Shown here: positions 17,277 to 26,895 of the stretch, one piece after another | Layout of the letters: every line of letters begins with the position of its first letter | Position numbering within the stretch: the stretch's first letter is position 1 | Assembly (NCBI GenBank): GCA_011773465.1 | Contig: WVXO01000060.1 | Location: 34,047-98,046 of the forward strand | DNA length: 64,000 bases | Source of the DNA: Candidatus Aminicenantes bacterium | GTDB taxonomy: Bacteria > Acidobacteriota > Aminicenantia > Aminicenantales > Aminicenantaceae | Direction of reading: 5' to 3' | Notes under the pieces: generated by a model | The model's database searches: none | What the model saw: only the letters and a program-made list of their open reading frames with translations | What the model was told of the DNA's origin: nothing | Program-made: the position numbers and the translations under genes

Positions 17277-17570
17277 ATGGTAAGAAAAAAATACACCACA
17301 AAAGAAATAATGCTTTTTGTATTTTGCACAATTATCGTTATTTTTATTCTGACTTTCTATATCTGGCATCAGATGGAATCCATCAGAATAGGTTATGAAA
17401 TAGGCAAGCTCGAGGAGAAAGTTCTTACTTTGAGGAGACAAGTTGATGAACTCCAAACAGAAAAATCTTCCCTCCTGTCTCTTGACAGAGTTGAAAAAAT
17501 TGCCAAAGAAGAACTGAATCTGGTCGAGCCAAAAAAAGAGCAGCTCGTCTACGATGAGTTTATTCCCTAA
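17277..17570 (+). CDS. ftsL: Cell division protein FtsL
   Basis: 97 aa with a single TM helix plus a coiled coil, in the canonical position between rsmH and ftsI. Confidence 0.75.
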   Translation: MVRKKYTTKEIMLFVFCTIIVIFILTFYIWHQMESIRIGYEIGKLEEKVLTLRRQVDELQTEKSSLLSLDRVEKIAKEELNLVEPKKEQLVYDEFIP

Positions 17571-17587
17571 CTTAAGAAAAAAAATTT

Positions 17588-19339
17588 ATGAGCAGCTTCT
17601 ATCAGAAAAAAGCGCGAATAAGAATTATCACTCTGGGCTCTTTCTTTATGATCTGGTTAGTCGGACTCACAATTCGCCTTATTCAGCTCCAAGTTTTTGA
17701 ACATCCCCGCCTGAAAACAGAGACTCTCGAACAAAATCAAAACAGGAATACTATCCATCCTAAAAGAGGAACGATTTACGATTGCACGGGCAACATTCTA
17801 GCACGGAGCCTCCCAATCCAGTCCGTCTTTTTTTCTCCTTTCAAAGGAGAACCCTCTCATCTTCAACTCGAAAAAATAAAGAAGCTTAAGAAAACTTTAG
17901 GCCTATCCCAGAACGAGCTTCAGAATATATATAAAAGAATAGAAAAAAATTCTTCTTTTATCTGGATAAAAAGAAAAATTGACCCAGAAGAAGAAAAAAA
18001 AGTGAAGAGACTCTCTCTGAGCGGCGTTTATTTTTTGGAGGAAAACAAAAGGTTCTACCCTCACGGAAAGCTCGCCGCCCATCTCCTGGGAAGAGTAAAC
18101 ATTGACGATGTAGGTGCCAGCGGGATCGAGTACAAATACAATTCAGTATTAGAAGGAAAAAAGGGAGAACATCTTATCCTGAGAGACGCCAAAAAGAGAG
18201 AGTACCGCTTTGAGATTCTGAAAGAGCCAGAAGCAGGCAAAGACTTAATCCTGACAATAGACGAAACCGTACAGTATTACGCAGAAAAAGAGCTGGAAAG
18301 AGTTATGCATAAAACTGAAGCGAACTGGGGAACAGTTATCATTTCTCAACCTGCAACAGGAGAAATCCTGGCTATGGCGAATTATCCAACATGCGACCTT
18401 AATAATCCTCCTCTGATGCCGCTCTCACTCGATAGAAATAGAGCTATCCACTACAATTTCGAACCCGGGTCCACTTTTAAGATCGTCACGGCTTCGGCAG
18501 CCCTGGAAGCAAGAAAAGTAAACCTCACCGATTCCTTTGACTGCAGCAAAGGATTCATACGGATTGCAGGGAAGACAATCCGAGACCATGAACTATTTGG
18601 AGTTCTCTCTTTTCCTGAAGTCATCATCCATTCTTCAAATGTAGGGACAATTCAATTCGGCCAATCCATAGGAGAAGAAATATTCTTCGAGACGATAAAA
18701 GCCTTTGGTTTCGGCGAAAAGACAGGAATTGACCTCCCTGCTGAAGAAAAGGGGATTTTCAGGCCGCTCGATAACTGGACCAAAATTTCCGCTGCCTCCC
18801 TTTCCATTGGCTACGAAATCTCGGTAACAGCAATCCAGCTTCTCCAAGCGATAAACGCTATTGCCAACAAAGGTTTCATCATCAGCCCAAGGGTTGTTAA
18901 AAAAATCCTGAGCTCCCCCGACGAGGCGATGGAAAAGCCTTATAGGAGAAGAAGGATAATATCAGAAAGAACAGCCTTAGTATTAACCTCTATTCTTCAA
19001 AAGGCTATCCAAAGAGGAACAGGGATTACCGCCCGAGTCGAAGGTTATAATGTTGCCGGGAAGACTGGAACAGCCCAGAAATTCGATCCTTCCATCGGTG
19101 GCTATTCCTCCACCGTTCATATCTCCTCTTTTGCCGGTTTTGTCCCTGCCGACAATCCTGCTCTCTCCATGGTTGTAGTTATTGATGAAGCCAAAGGTCC
19201 ATATTCCGGAGGAGAAGTCGCCGCTCCCCTCTTCCGGGAGATCGCCAGCCTGGTTCTCCGCTATCTTCGCATTCCCAAACAAGAAAAGCATCTAAATACT
19301 ATTATCGCCAAACGCCACATGAGGCAGGTCGAAAGATGA
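17588..19339 (+). CDS. ftsI: Peptidoglycan D,D-transpeptidase FtsI (class B PBP)
   Basis: N-terminal TM helix and the SxxK (STFK), SxN (SSN) and KTG(T) motifs. Confidence 0.9.
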   Translation: MSSFYQKKARIRIITLGSFFMIWLVGLTIRLIQLQVFEHPRLKTETLEQNQNRNTIHPKRGTIYDCTGNILARSLPIQSVFFSPFKGEPSHLQLEKIKKLKKTLGLSQNELQNIYKRIEKNSSFIWIKRKIDPEEEKKVKRLSLSGVYFLEENKRFYPHGKLAAHLLGRVNIDDVGASGIEYKYNSVLEGKKGEHLILRDAKKREYRFEILKEPEAGKDLILTIDETVQYYAEKELERVMHKTEANWGTVIISQPATGEILAMANYPTCDLNNPPLMPLSLDRNRAIHYNFEPGSTFKIVTASAALEARKVNLTDSFDCSKGFIRIAGKTIRDHELFGVLSFPEVIIHSSNVGTIQFGQSIGEEIFFETIKAFGFGEKTGIDLPAEEKGIFRPLDNWTKISAASLSIGYEISVTAIQLLQAINAIANKGFIISPRVVKKILSSPDEAMEKPYRRRRIISERTALVLTSILQKAIQRGTGITARVEGYNVAGKTGTAQKFDPSIGGYSSTVHISSFAGFVPADNPALSMVVVIDEAKGPYSGGEVAAPLFREIASLVLRYLRIPKQEKHLNTIIAKRHMRQVER

Positions 19340-20802
19340 AACTCAAAGACTTGCTCGAAGGAGTTCCGGGTGTACTCTTTAACGGGAACGAGGAAGAAGA
19401 AATTCAAGGAATTGCCTATTCATCAAAAGATGTTCAGCCGGGCTTTCTGTTTGCCGCTTTAAAAGGAGAGAAAAAAGATGGCGTTGAATTTATTGAAGAA
19501 GCTGTCCTCAACGGTGCCGTTGTCTTTCTTTCAGAAAAGCCGAAACCAACAAATTTCGAGAAAACCTGGCTTCAAGCCTCCGACGCACGAGAAGCACTCG
19601 CCCTGTGTTCAGCAAATTTTTATTCTCATCCCTCACAAAAAATGAAAGTTGTCGGCGTCACAGGAACAAAAGGAAAAACCACAATCACTTACTTGCTCGA
19701 GGAAATACTAAAAGAATCTCATTTCCTTCCCGCAGTGATCGGGACAATATCCTACAGGAGTCCCAGTATAAAAATCTCCGCCGAAAGAACCACTCCCGAA
19801 GCGCCTTATCTGCAGAGAATGCTGGCGGAAATGCTTGCACAAGGAGTGACACACTGTCTGATTGAAGTCTCCTCTCATGCCCTGGAACTCAAGAGGGTCC
19901 TGGGCATTGGATTTGATATTGCCCTTTTCTCAAACTTAAGCGGTGAGCATCTGGACTACCATCACACAATGCAAAAGTATTTCGAAGCCAAAAAAAAGCT
20001 TTTCTTCCTCAACCATAAAAAAATAACGGCAGTAATCAACTCCGATGATCCGTGGGGAAAAAAACTGATATCAGAGCTTCCCTCAGGAGTCGTCACTTAT
20101 GGCCTCGAGCCAGGCGCACACGTGATGGGCAAAAATTTCAAACTCCTTGAAAGAGGAATAGAGCTTTCGGTTAAACATCCAGCAGGAGAGCTCCTTGTTT
20201 TCTCGCCTCTTCTGGGTAAGCCTAACCTCTACAATATCCTGGCCTCGATTGCCGTGGCTCTAAAACTGAATATAGCTGTATCAGCGATAAAAGAAGGCAT
20301 AGCCTCACTTCAACAGATACCAGGAAGGTTTGAGAATATAAAAAATTCGCTCGGACTCCATATCTTTGTTGATTATGCCCATACTGATGATGCCCTCAAG
20401 AATTTACTGGAAACTGTTCACGGGCTAAATCCCAGGCGCATCATTTTAGTCTTCGGAGCTGGTGGAGACCGAGACAAAGCGAAAAGACCAAGGATGGGAG
20501 AAGTTGCCGGAAACCTTTCTGACTGGACTATTCTCACCTCTGATAATCCCCGATCTGAAGACCCCATGGCTATAATCTCGGATATAGAAAAAGGTATCAA
20601 GAAAACCGGGACTAAGAATTATGAGATTCTGCCAGATAGAAAAGAAGCCATCGAACGTGCTCTATCCCTTGGAGAAAAAGGAGATTACATCCTTGTTGCC
20701 GGAAAAGGACACGAAGACTACCAGATCATCAAGGATAAAGTCATTCCTTTCAAGGATGCCGATGTCATAAGAAGCATTCTTGAAATAAAGGAGTCAGCCT
20801 GA
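19336..20802 (+). CDS. murE: UDP-MurNAc-L-Ala-D-Glu:meso-diaminopimelate ligase
   Basis: GVTGTKGKTT P-loop and the DNPR motif (TSDNPRSEDP) typical of DAP-adding MurE. Confidence 0.9.
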   Translation: MKLKDLLEGVPGVLFNGNEEEEIQGIAYSSKDVQPGFLFAALKGEKKDGVEFIEEAVLNGAVVFLSEKPKPTNFEKTWLQASDAREALALCSANFYSHPSQKMKVVGVTGTKGKTTITYLLEEILKESHFLPAVIGTISYRSPSIKISAERTTPEAPYLQRMLAEMLAQGVTHCLIEVSSHALELKRVLGIGFDIALFSNLSGEHLDYHHTMQKYFEAKKKLFFLNHKKITAVINSDDPWGKKLISELPSGVVTYGLEPGAHVMGKNFKLLERGIELSVKHPAGELLVFSPLLGKPNLYNILASIAVALKLNIAVSAIKEGIASLQQIPGRFENIKNSLGLHIFVDYAHTDDALKNLLETVHGLNPRRIILVFGAGGDRDKAKRPRMGEVAGNLSDWTILTSDNPRSEDPMAIISDIEKGIKKTGTKNYEILPDRKEAIERALSLGEKGDYILVAGKGHEDYQIIKDKVIPFKDADVIRSILEIKESA

Positions 20803-20804
20803 AA

Positions 20805-22187
20805 TTGGTTAATCTGCGCTTGAGCGAAACAGCAGAAAAAATGGGGGGGAAAATCCTTCAGGGTCCGCACTCCCTCTCGTTTCACAGATTTAATATAGAT
20901 TCTCGTCTAACAGAGCCGGGTGAACTCTTTTTTGCTTTAGTTGCCGAACGGAACGGCCACGATTTTGTCCCCGCAGCAGTTAAGAAAGGAGCTTCAGGTG
21001 CCGTTGTTTCTCATAAGATAACCATTCCCGACAAGAATATAGCTCTGATTCAGGTCAACGATACTCTCGATGCTCTCCATAAACTCGCAGCACAAGTTCT
21101 CTCCGAGCATCATGTCAAAGTAATCGGGATTACAGGAAGCATAGGAAAAACAACGACCAAAGAGTTCACCTGGCGGCTTCTTTCTCAGAATTTAAACGTC
21201 CTCAAGTCTGAAGGAAACTTTAACAACCAATTGGGCGTTCCGCTCTCCCTTCTTAAGCTGACGGATGAGCACGAGGTCGCGGTGCTGGAGATGGCCATGT
21301 CTGCGCCAGGTGAAATAAGAACTCTGACTCAGATTGCTCCTCCAGATATAGCTGTCATAACCAACATCAAGCCTGTTCATCTCCAGTTTTTCAACTCCAT
21401 AGAAGAGATAGCCTTAGCCAAAAAAGAGATTCTCGAAGGGGCCAAAAACGACGGAATAGCGGTCCTTAACGGAGATGAGTCTCTGGTCAAAAAAATAGCA
21501 GAAGATTGGAGTGGCAAGAAGATTTTATTCGGCCTTTCTGCCGAATGTGAAGTTCAGGCACGGAACATCCAAAAAATTGGCTGGGAAGGAATGGCTTTCG
21601 AGTTGAAATACGGAAACGGGAAAGAGAAAATAAGCCTTCCTTTCTTCTATGAAAGCCACCTCTACAATTTCCTGGCAGCCGCGGCCGCAGCAAAGGCTTT
21701 ATCCGTCCCCTTAGAGGATATTCTCCCTCAAATACTAACGCTCAAGCTCATGCCTAATAGAGGTACCCTCGTTCGTTTGGAAAAAAACATCAGGCTCATA
21801 GATGATTCTTACAACTCAAACCCGGCAGCACTCGAAGCAGCTTTGAAGGCGTTGACTCCTCTTCCTTCCAAGAGAAAAATAGCGATCCTGGGCGATATGC
21901 TCGAGCTTGGAGAAAAGGAGGTTGAATACCACATTCAGGCTGGCAGATATGTTGCAGAATGGGGATGGGACATCCTGGTAACGGTGGGGATTCTTAGCCG
22001 ACATATGGCTGAAGGAGCTCTCTCTTCAGGAATGCGAGCAGACCAAATTTTCTCTTTTAAAAATTCAGAGGAGGCTGCCGGAGAAATATTACCTCTCCTC
22101 GAAGAAGGGGATATTATCCTAGTCAAGGGCTCAAGAAAAATAGAAACAGAAAAAATTGTCGAAAGATTAAAAAAGGAAAGGCAATAA
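20805..22187 (+). CDS. murF: UDP-MurNAc-tripeptide:D-Ala-D-Ala ligase
   Basis: GITGSIGKTTTKE P-loop and Mur ligase architecture. Apparent TTG start. Confidence 0.9.
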   Translation: MVNLRLSETAEKMGGKILQGPHSLSFHRFNIDSRLTEPGELFFALVAERNGHDFVPAAVKKGASGAVVSHKITIPDKNIALIQVNDTLDALHKLAAQVLSEHHVKVIGITGSIGKTTTKEFTWRLLSQNLNVLKSEGNFNNQLGVPLSLLKLTDEHEVAVLEMAMSAPGEIRTLTQIAPPDIAVITNIKPVHLQFFNSIEEIALAKKEILEGAKNDGIAVLNGDESLVKKIAEDWSGKKILFGLSAECEVQARNIQKIGWEGMAFELKYGNGKEKISLPFFYESHLYNFLAAAAAAKALSVPLEDILPQILTLKLMPNRGTLVRLEKNIRLIDDSYNSNPAALEAALKALTPLPSKRKIAILGDMLELGEKEVEYHIQAGRYVAEWGWDILVTVGILSRHMAEGALSSGMRADQIFSFKNSEEAAGEILPLLEEGDIILVKGSRKIETEKIVERLKKERQ

Positions 22188-22188
22188 C

Positions 22189-23277
22189 GTGCTTTACTAT
22201 CTTCTGGTTCCGCTGAGAGAATACTTCATTTTCTTCAACGTGTTCCGTTATATCACGGTAAGAACTGCCCTGGCCGGAATAACGGCATTTCTTATTTGCC
22301 TTATTTTTGGTCCATGGGTCATCAAGATGCTAAGAAAATGCCAGATAGGAGAGGAGATTAGCCCAGACGGACCAAAATCTCACTTGGAAAAAAGAGGAAC
22401 TCCCTCGATGGGAGGAATCCTTATAATCGGGGCGACTATAATCCCTGCGCTTCTCTGGGGGCAATTGAGCAATACCTATGTGAGACTGGCAATGAGCACT
22501 ATGCTTTTATTCGGGCTTCTCGGCTTCTGGGATGATTTCCTGAAAATCAAAAGGACAAAATCTAAAGGACTCATCATACGCCATAAGCTATTTTTTCAAA
22601 TTGGCATATCCGCAGTCATCGGACTTATTCTTATTTATCTTGGTCTTACGGGGGAGTTCAGCCTTCAATTGAGTCTTCCTTTCTTTAAGAAATGGGTCCC
22701 TTATTTAGGTTGGTTTTACCTCCCCTGGATTATGCTTATTCTGGTGGGATCATCAAATTCGGTTAACCTTGCTGATGGACTTGACGGACTGGCCATCGGC
22801 CTTACGTTCATCAGTTCCAGTGCCTTTATAGTTCTTTGCTATGTCGTGGGTCGAGCTGACTGGTCTGAATTCCTGAATATTCTCCGGGTACCGGCCGCGG
22901 CCGAACTCACGGTTTTTGCGGGGGCTATGGCCGGTGCCTGCTTAGGCTTTCTCTGGTTTAACTGCCATCCTGCTCAAATTTTTATGGGAGATGCGGGAGC
23001 ATTATCGTTGGGGGGAACCATCGGTGTCATCGCTATCCTGATAAAACAGGAATTTCTTCTTTTCATGGTCGCTGGAGTCTTCATCCTGGAAGCGCTTTCC
23101 GTTCTTCTTCAAATTTTTTACTTCAAACTGACCGGAGGAAAAAGAATTTTCAAGATGGCTCCCCTCCATCATCATTTTGAACTCATAGGATGGTCTGAAG
23201 AGAAGATCGTCATTCGGTTCTGGATTGCAGGCATAGTTTTTGCCCTCTTCAGCCTCACCGCCTTGAAACTGAGGTAA
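22189..23277 (+). CDS. mraY: Phospho-N-acetylmuramoyl-pentapeptide transferase
   Basis: Polytopic membrane protein with NSVNLADGLDGLA and PLHHHFE motifs. GTG start. Confidence 0.95.
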   Translation: MLYYLLVPLREYFIFFNVFRYITVRTALAGITAFLICLIFGPWVIKMLRKCQIGEEISPDGPKSHLEKRGTPSMGGILIIGATIIPALLWGQLSNTYVRLAMSTMLLFGLLGFWDDFLKIKRTKSKGLIIRHKLFFQIGISAVIGLILIYLGLTGEFSLQLSLPFFKKWVPYLGWFYLPWIMLILVGSSNSVNLADGLDGLAIGLTFISSSAFIVLCYVVGRADWSEFLNILRVPAAAELTVFAGAMAGACLGFLWFNCHPAQIFMGDAGALSLGGTIGVIAILIKQEFLLFMVAGVFILEALSVLLQIFYFKLTGGKRIFKMAPLHHHFELIGWSEEKIVIRFWIAGIVFALFSLTALKLR

Positions 23278-23278
23278 A

Positions 23279-24646
23279 ATGAATCTGGAAGGAAAAAGAG
23301 TTCTGGTCGTAGGTTTAGGGAGTACAGGCGAAGCTCTCTGCAATTTTCTTCTCCATCACCGAGCTCAGGTGAAGGTGAGCGAAAAGAAGAATCCAGAAGA
23401 AATGGGTCAAAAAATCTCGTTCTGGGAGCGAAAGGGCGTTACAGTGGAAGCCGGAAAGCACGATCAGAAATCCTTCATGGAAGCTGATTTGATTGTGCCA
23501 AGCCCAGGAGTTCCCTGGCTCCCCGAGCTTGAAGCTGCTAGAGTGAACGGAGTAAAGATCATCTCCGAAATTGAGCTGGCTTACAAATTCTTAAAGGGAA
23601 AAATTGTGGGCATAACTGGATCGAACGGGAAATCCACTACAGCTAGCTTAACTCAAAAAATTCTGGAAGAAGCAGGGCTCAAGACTTACCTTGCCGGCAA
23701 TATAGGAACGCCCTTAATAAGTTTTGTCGATAACAGCCAAGACGACCACATTTATGTTACAGAAATCTCAAGTTTCCAGCTCGAGCATATAGAAGAGTTC
23801 AGAGTCTCCGTCTCAGTTCTTCTCAACATTTCTCCGGATCATCTGGACTGGCATCCGTCCTTCGCAGATTATTATGAAGCTAAAAAGAAACTCATCATCT
23901 CTCAGAGAGAAAACGATAAAGCTATTCTTAATCGAGATGACCCGCTGGTCTGGGCGTTAAAAGAGGAAGGGAAATTTCAGGTTTACGCCTTCAGCAGAAA
24001 CGGCAAAGTGTCCCCGGGATGTTTTCTTGACGGAGATTGGATCGTTCTCTCTAACAAAAAAGAAGAGAAGCTACTAAGAACATCCGCTATTCCTCTTTTT
24101 GGAATCCACAACCAGGAGAACGTCATGGCCAGTGCTTTGGTAGGTCATATCCTGGGTATCAAACCCGCCAGAATAATAGAACCGATAAAGAGCTTTCGAG
24201 GCCTTGCCCACAGACTGGAAAAAGTTACATCCATAAGAGGAATTGATTTTTATGATGATTCCAAAGCCACAAACGTGGACGCGACCTCAAAATCTATTCA
24301 GAGCTTTGAACGCAACATCATTCTCATCTTAGGAGGAAGGGATAAGGGAGGTGATTTTAAAAAATTAAGAAAACCTATTAAAGAAAACGTAAAAACGATC
24401 ATCCTCCTTGGCGAGGCCAAGGAAAAAATAAGAGCTGCCCTCATGGGAATTGTCCCCATGGAGACTGTCTCCTCTATCAAAGAAGCGGTGAGTCTAGGTT
24501 ATTCTCGAGCAAGACCGCAAGAAGTGGTGCTTCTTGCTCCGGCCTGCACAAGCTTTGACATGTTTCAAAACTTTGAAGAGAGGGGCCAGGTTTTCAAACG
24601 CGAAGTGTTATCCCTTGAAAAAGAGCTAGGGAAACAGAGGACATAA
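23279..24646 (+). CDS. murD: UDP-MurNAc-L-Ala:D-Glu ligase
   Basis: GLGSTG Rossmann-like N-terminus and GITGSNGKSTT P-loop. Confidence 0.9.
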   Translation: MNLEGKRVLVVGLGSTGEALCNFLLHHRAQVKVSEKKNPEEMGQKISFWERKGVTVEAGKHDQKSFMEADLIVPSPGVPWLPELEAARVNGVKIISEIELAYKFLKGKIVGITGSNGKSTTASLTQKILEEAGLKTYLAGNIGTPLISFVDNSQDDHIYVTEISSFQLEHIEEFRVSVSVLLNISPDHLDWHPSFADYYEAKKKLIISQRENDKAILNRDDPLVWALKEEGKFQVYAFSRNGKVSPGCFLDGDWIVLSNKKEEKLLRTSAIPLFGIHNQENVMASALVGHILGIKPARIIEPIKSFRGLAHRLEKVTSIRGIDFYDDSKATNVDATSKSIQSFERNIILILGGRDKGGDFKKLRKPIKENVKTIILLGEAKEKIRAALMGIVPMETVSSIKEAVSLGYSRARPQEVVLLAPACTSFDMFQNFEERGQVFKREVLSLEKELGKQRT

Positions 24647-24651
24647 GAATT

Positions 24652-25794
24652 ATGGAAATATTCAGACCTTACGGTTTCGACAAGCCTCTTTTCTTCGCCA
24701 CTCTCATCATGATCGCCATAGGGCTAATCATGGTTTACAGTTCTTCAGCAATTCTAGCCAGTGAAAAACACGAGAATTCTTTCCATTTCTTCATAAACCA
24801 AAGCATTGCAGCTGGGATTGGAATAGTTTTTATTTTTATGATGATGCCCATAAGGAAGCCATTTTTCCAAAATTTTTGCTTTGTCCATGGACTTCTTATT
24901 CTCTCTTTTATTCTCTTGGTGCTCTGCTTGCTCATGCCAGCGTTGGCTAACACAAACCGCTGGATCCAGTTCTTCGGCCTCAAGTTCCAGCCATCGGAAC
25001 TGGCAAAAATCAGCCTGATTCTATTTTTTGCCTCTTACTTTAACCGAAAAAAAGAAAAATTGAATGAATTTCAAACTCTTATTTTCCCCCTGATAGTTCT
25101 TTTTCTGTTTATCCTCCTAATCATAAAGGAGCCTGATTATGGTACTGCCCTTCTCGTCTTTATCATCTGCTCGATAATGCTCTTCATCGGGGGAGTGAAG
25201 TTCAAACACCTCTGTTACCTGGGAATCCTGTTTTTGGGTCTTTTTGCCTTTTATCTTTTCCAAGCTTCGTACAGACTGGACAGAGTCTTTACTTTTTTAT
25301 CGCCTGCAAAAGATCCTCAAGGGGCCGGTTTCCAGAGTATCCAATCAAAGCTGGCAGTTGGCTCAGGAGGTTTCTTCGGGGTAAGTATTGGAGAAAGCAC
25401 GCAAAAACTTTTCTTTGTTCCCTGCGCTCACACCGATTACATATATGCCATCCTGGGTGAAGAGATAGGCTTTATTGGCGCCATGTCCACGCTGCTTCTC
25501 TTCTTTATTTTGTTCTGGAGAGGACTGGTGATTTCCCAAAGAGCGCCCAATTTCTTCTCTCAAATTGTTGCCGCAGGGCTAACGATGGCCATCTTTTCTC
25601 AAGCCCTACTGAACATTAGCATTGTCCTGGGACTCGGTCCGCCTACGGGCATCCCTCTTCCTCTGATAAGCTTCGGAAGGTCTTCTCTCATATGCACTCT
25701 TTTCAGCATAGGCATTCTTCTCAACATCTCGCAGAGAAGGAGTACCAGTCGAATAAGAAGAGGCGGGCTTGATAAATCACGCCCCTACAAATAA
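24652..25794 (+). CDS. ftsW: SEDS-family peptidoglycan glycosyltransferase FtsW
   Basis: About 10 TM helices and SEDS motifs (EPDYGTALL, PCAHTDYIYA). The last 10 codons are encoded by a family B repeat. Confidence 0.9.
   Translation: MEIFRPYGFDKPLFFATLIMIAIGLIMVYSSSAILASEKHENSFHFFINQSIAAGIGIVFIFMMMPIRKPFFQNFCFVHGLLILSFILLVLCLLMPALANTNRWIQFFGLKFQPSELAKISLILFFASYFNRKKEKLNEFQTLIFPLIVLFLFILLIIKEPDYGTALLVFIICSIMLFIGGVKFKHLCYLGILFLGLFAFYLFQASYRLDRVFTFLSPAKDPQGAGFQSIQSKLAVGSGGFFGVSIGESTQKLFFVPCAHTDYIYAILGEEIGFIGAMSTLLLFFILFWRGLVISQRAPNFFSQIVAAGLTMAIFSQALLNISIVLGLGPPTGIPLPLISFGRSSLICTLFSIGILLNISQRRSTSRIRRGGLDKSRPYK
25762..25789 (-). repeat. Family B repeat copy embedded in the 3' end of ftsW
   Basis: ggcgggcttgataaatcacgcccctaca is the reverse complement of the family B consensus. 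In frame it encodes GGLDKSRPY. Confidence 0.8.
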
Positions 25795-25799
25795 TAAAA

Positions 25800-26879
25800 A
25801 TGAAGGAGAAAAAAATCATCATAAGTGGCGGAGGAACCGCAGGCCATCTTTACCCAGCCTTAGCTGTAGGAGATAAATTAAAGGAAAAAGATCCAGCTCT
25901 TCGTTTGACTTTTATCGGAAGCAGGAGGGAAGTGGAAAAAAGCATAATTAAGCATTATGATGTGAGTTTTGTCGCTTTGCCAATCGAGGGAATTAAAGGA
26001 AAAGGCCTGAAAGCCGTAAAATCTCTTCTTCTCCTTCCTTTCTCCTTCCTGAAATCTCTCTTTATACTCCTCCGCATAAGGCCAGGGCTGGTCATAGGGG
26101 CAGGAGGTTATAGTTCAGGGCCCGTTGTGCTTCTTGCCTCGTTGATGAAAATTCCAACGCTCATCCTTGAACAGAATCTTTACCCTGGTTTCACAAACCG
26201 CCTCCTGATTCCCTGGGTACGTCAAGCAGTAGTCTCTTTTAAAAGCTCTCTTCCCTCTTTCAAGGGAAAAGGAATATTTATAGGAAATCCTGTAAGAGAG
26301 GCGTTCTACCATCTCTCTCCCAAGGAAAAGTCGGAAAAACTCACAGTCCTCATCTTCGGTGGAAGCCAGGGGTCTCATTTCTTAAATAAGGCCACGATAG
26401 CCTCTCTTCCTCTTCTCAAGAAAGAAATAAAGAATTTAAGAATCTTCCATCAGACTGGAAAAAAAGATTATGAATGGGTCAAAAAAAGTTACGCACAAAA
26501 CGGGTTTATGGAAGTATTTGTCGCACCCTATTTTTTTGAAATGGCCGGTTATTTTCAAAAATCAGATTTAATAATAAGCCGAGCAGGTGCAACCACCATA
26601 GCCGAGCTTATTGCTTCTCAAAAGGCTTCTTTGCTGATTCCATTTTCTCAAGCTACGGACAACCATCAATTTTTTAATGCCAGAGAATTGGAAAAAATAA
26701 GAGGCACTGAGATCATTCTTGAAAAGGAATTAACGCCCGAAATCTTTGCCGATAAAATTTTTTCTTTTCTGCTAAACAAGGACAAGATAAACCTAATGGA
26801 AAAAAACTTGGCTCCCCTGAAAACAGAAAAAGTGTCTGAGAAAATCTCGAACCTCTGTTTTAAACTCATGGAGGCTTAG
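25800..26879 (+). CDS. murG: UDP-GlcNAc:lipid I GlcNAc transferase
   Basis: GGGTAGHLYPALAV N-terminal motif and GT28 architecture. Confidence 0.9.
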   Translation: MKEKKIIISGGGTAGHLYPALAVGDKLKEKDPALRLTFIGSRREVEKSIIKHYDVSFVALPIEGIKGKGLKAVKSLLLLPFSFLKSLFILLRIRPGLVIGAGGYSSGPVVLLASLMKIPTLILEQNLYPGFTNRLLIPWVRQAVVSFKSSLPSFKGKGIFIGNPVREAFYHLSPKEKSEKLTVLIFGGSQGSHFLNKATIASLPLLKKEIKNLRIFHQTGKKDYEWVKKSYAQNGFMEVFVAPYFFEMAGYFQKSDLIISRAGATTIAELIASQKASLLIPFSQATDNHQFFNARELEKIRGTEIILEKELTPEIFADKIFSFLLNKDKINLMEKNLAPLKTEKVSEKISNLCFKLMEA

Positions 26880-26895
26880 CTAAAGGAGTGGATCA

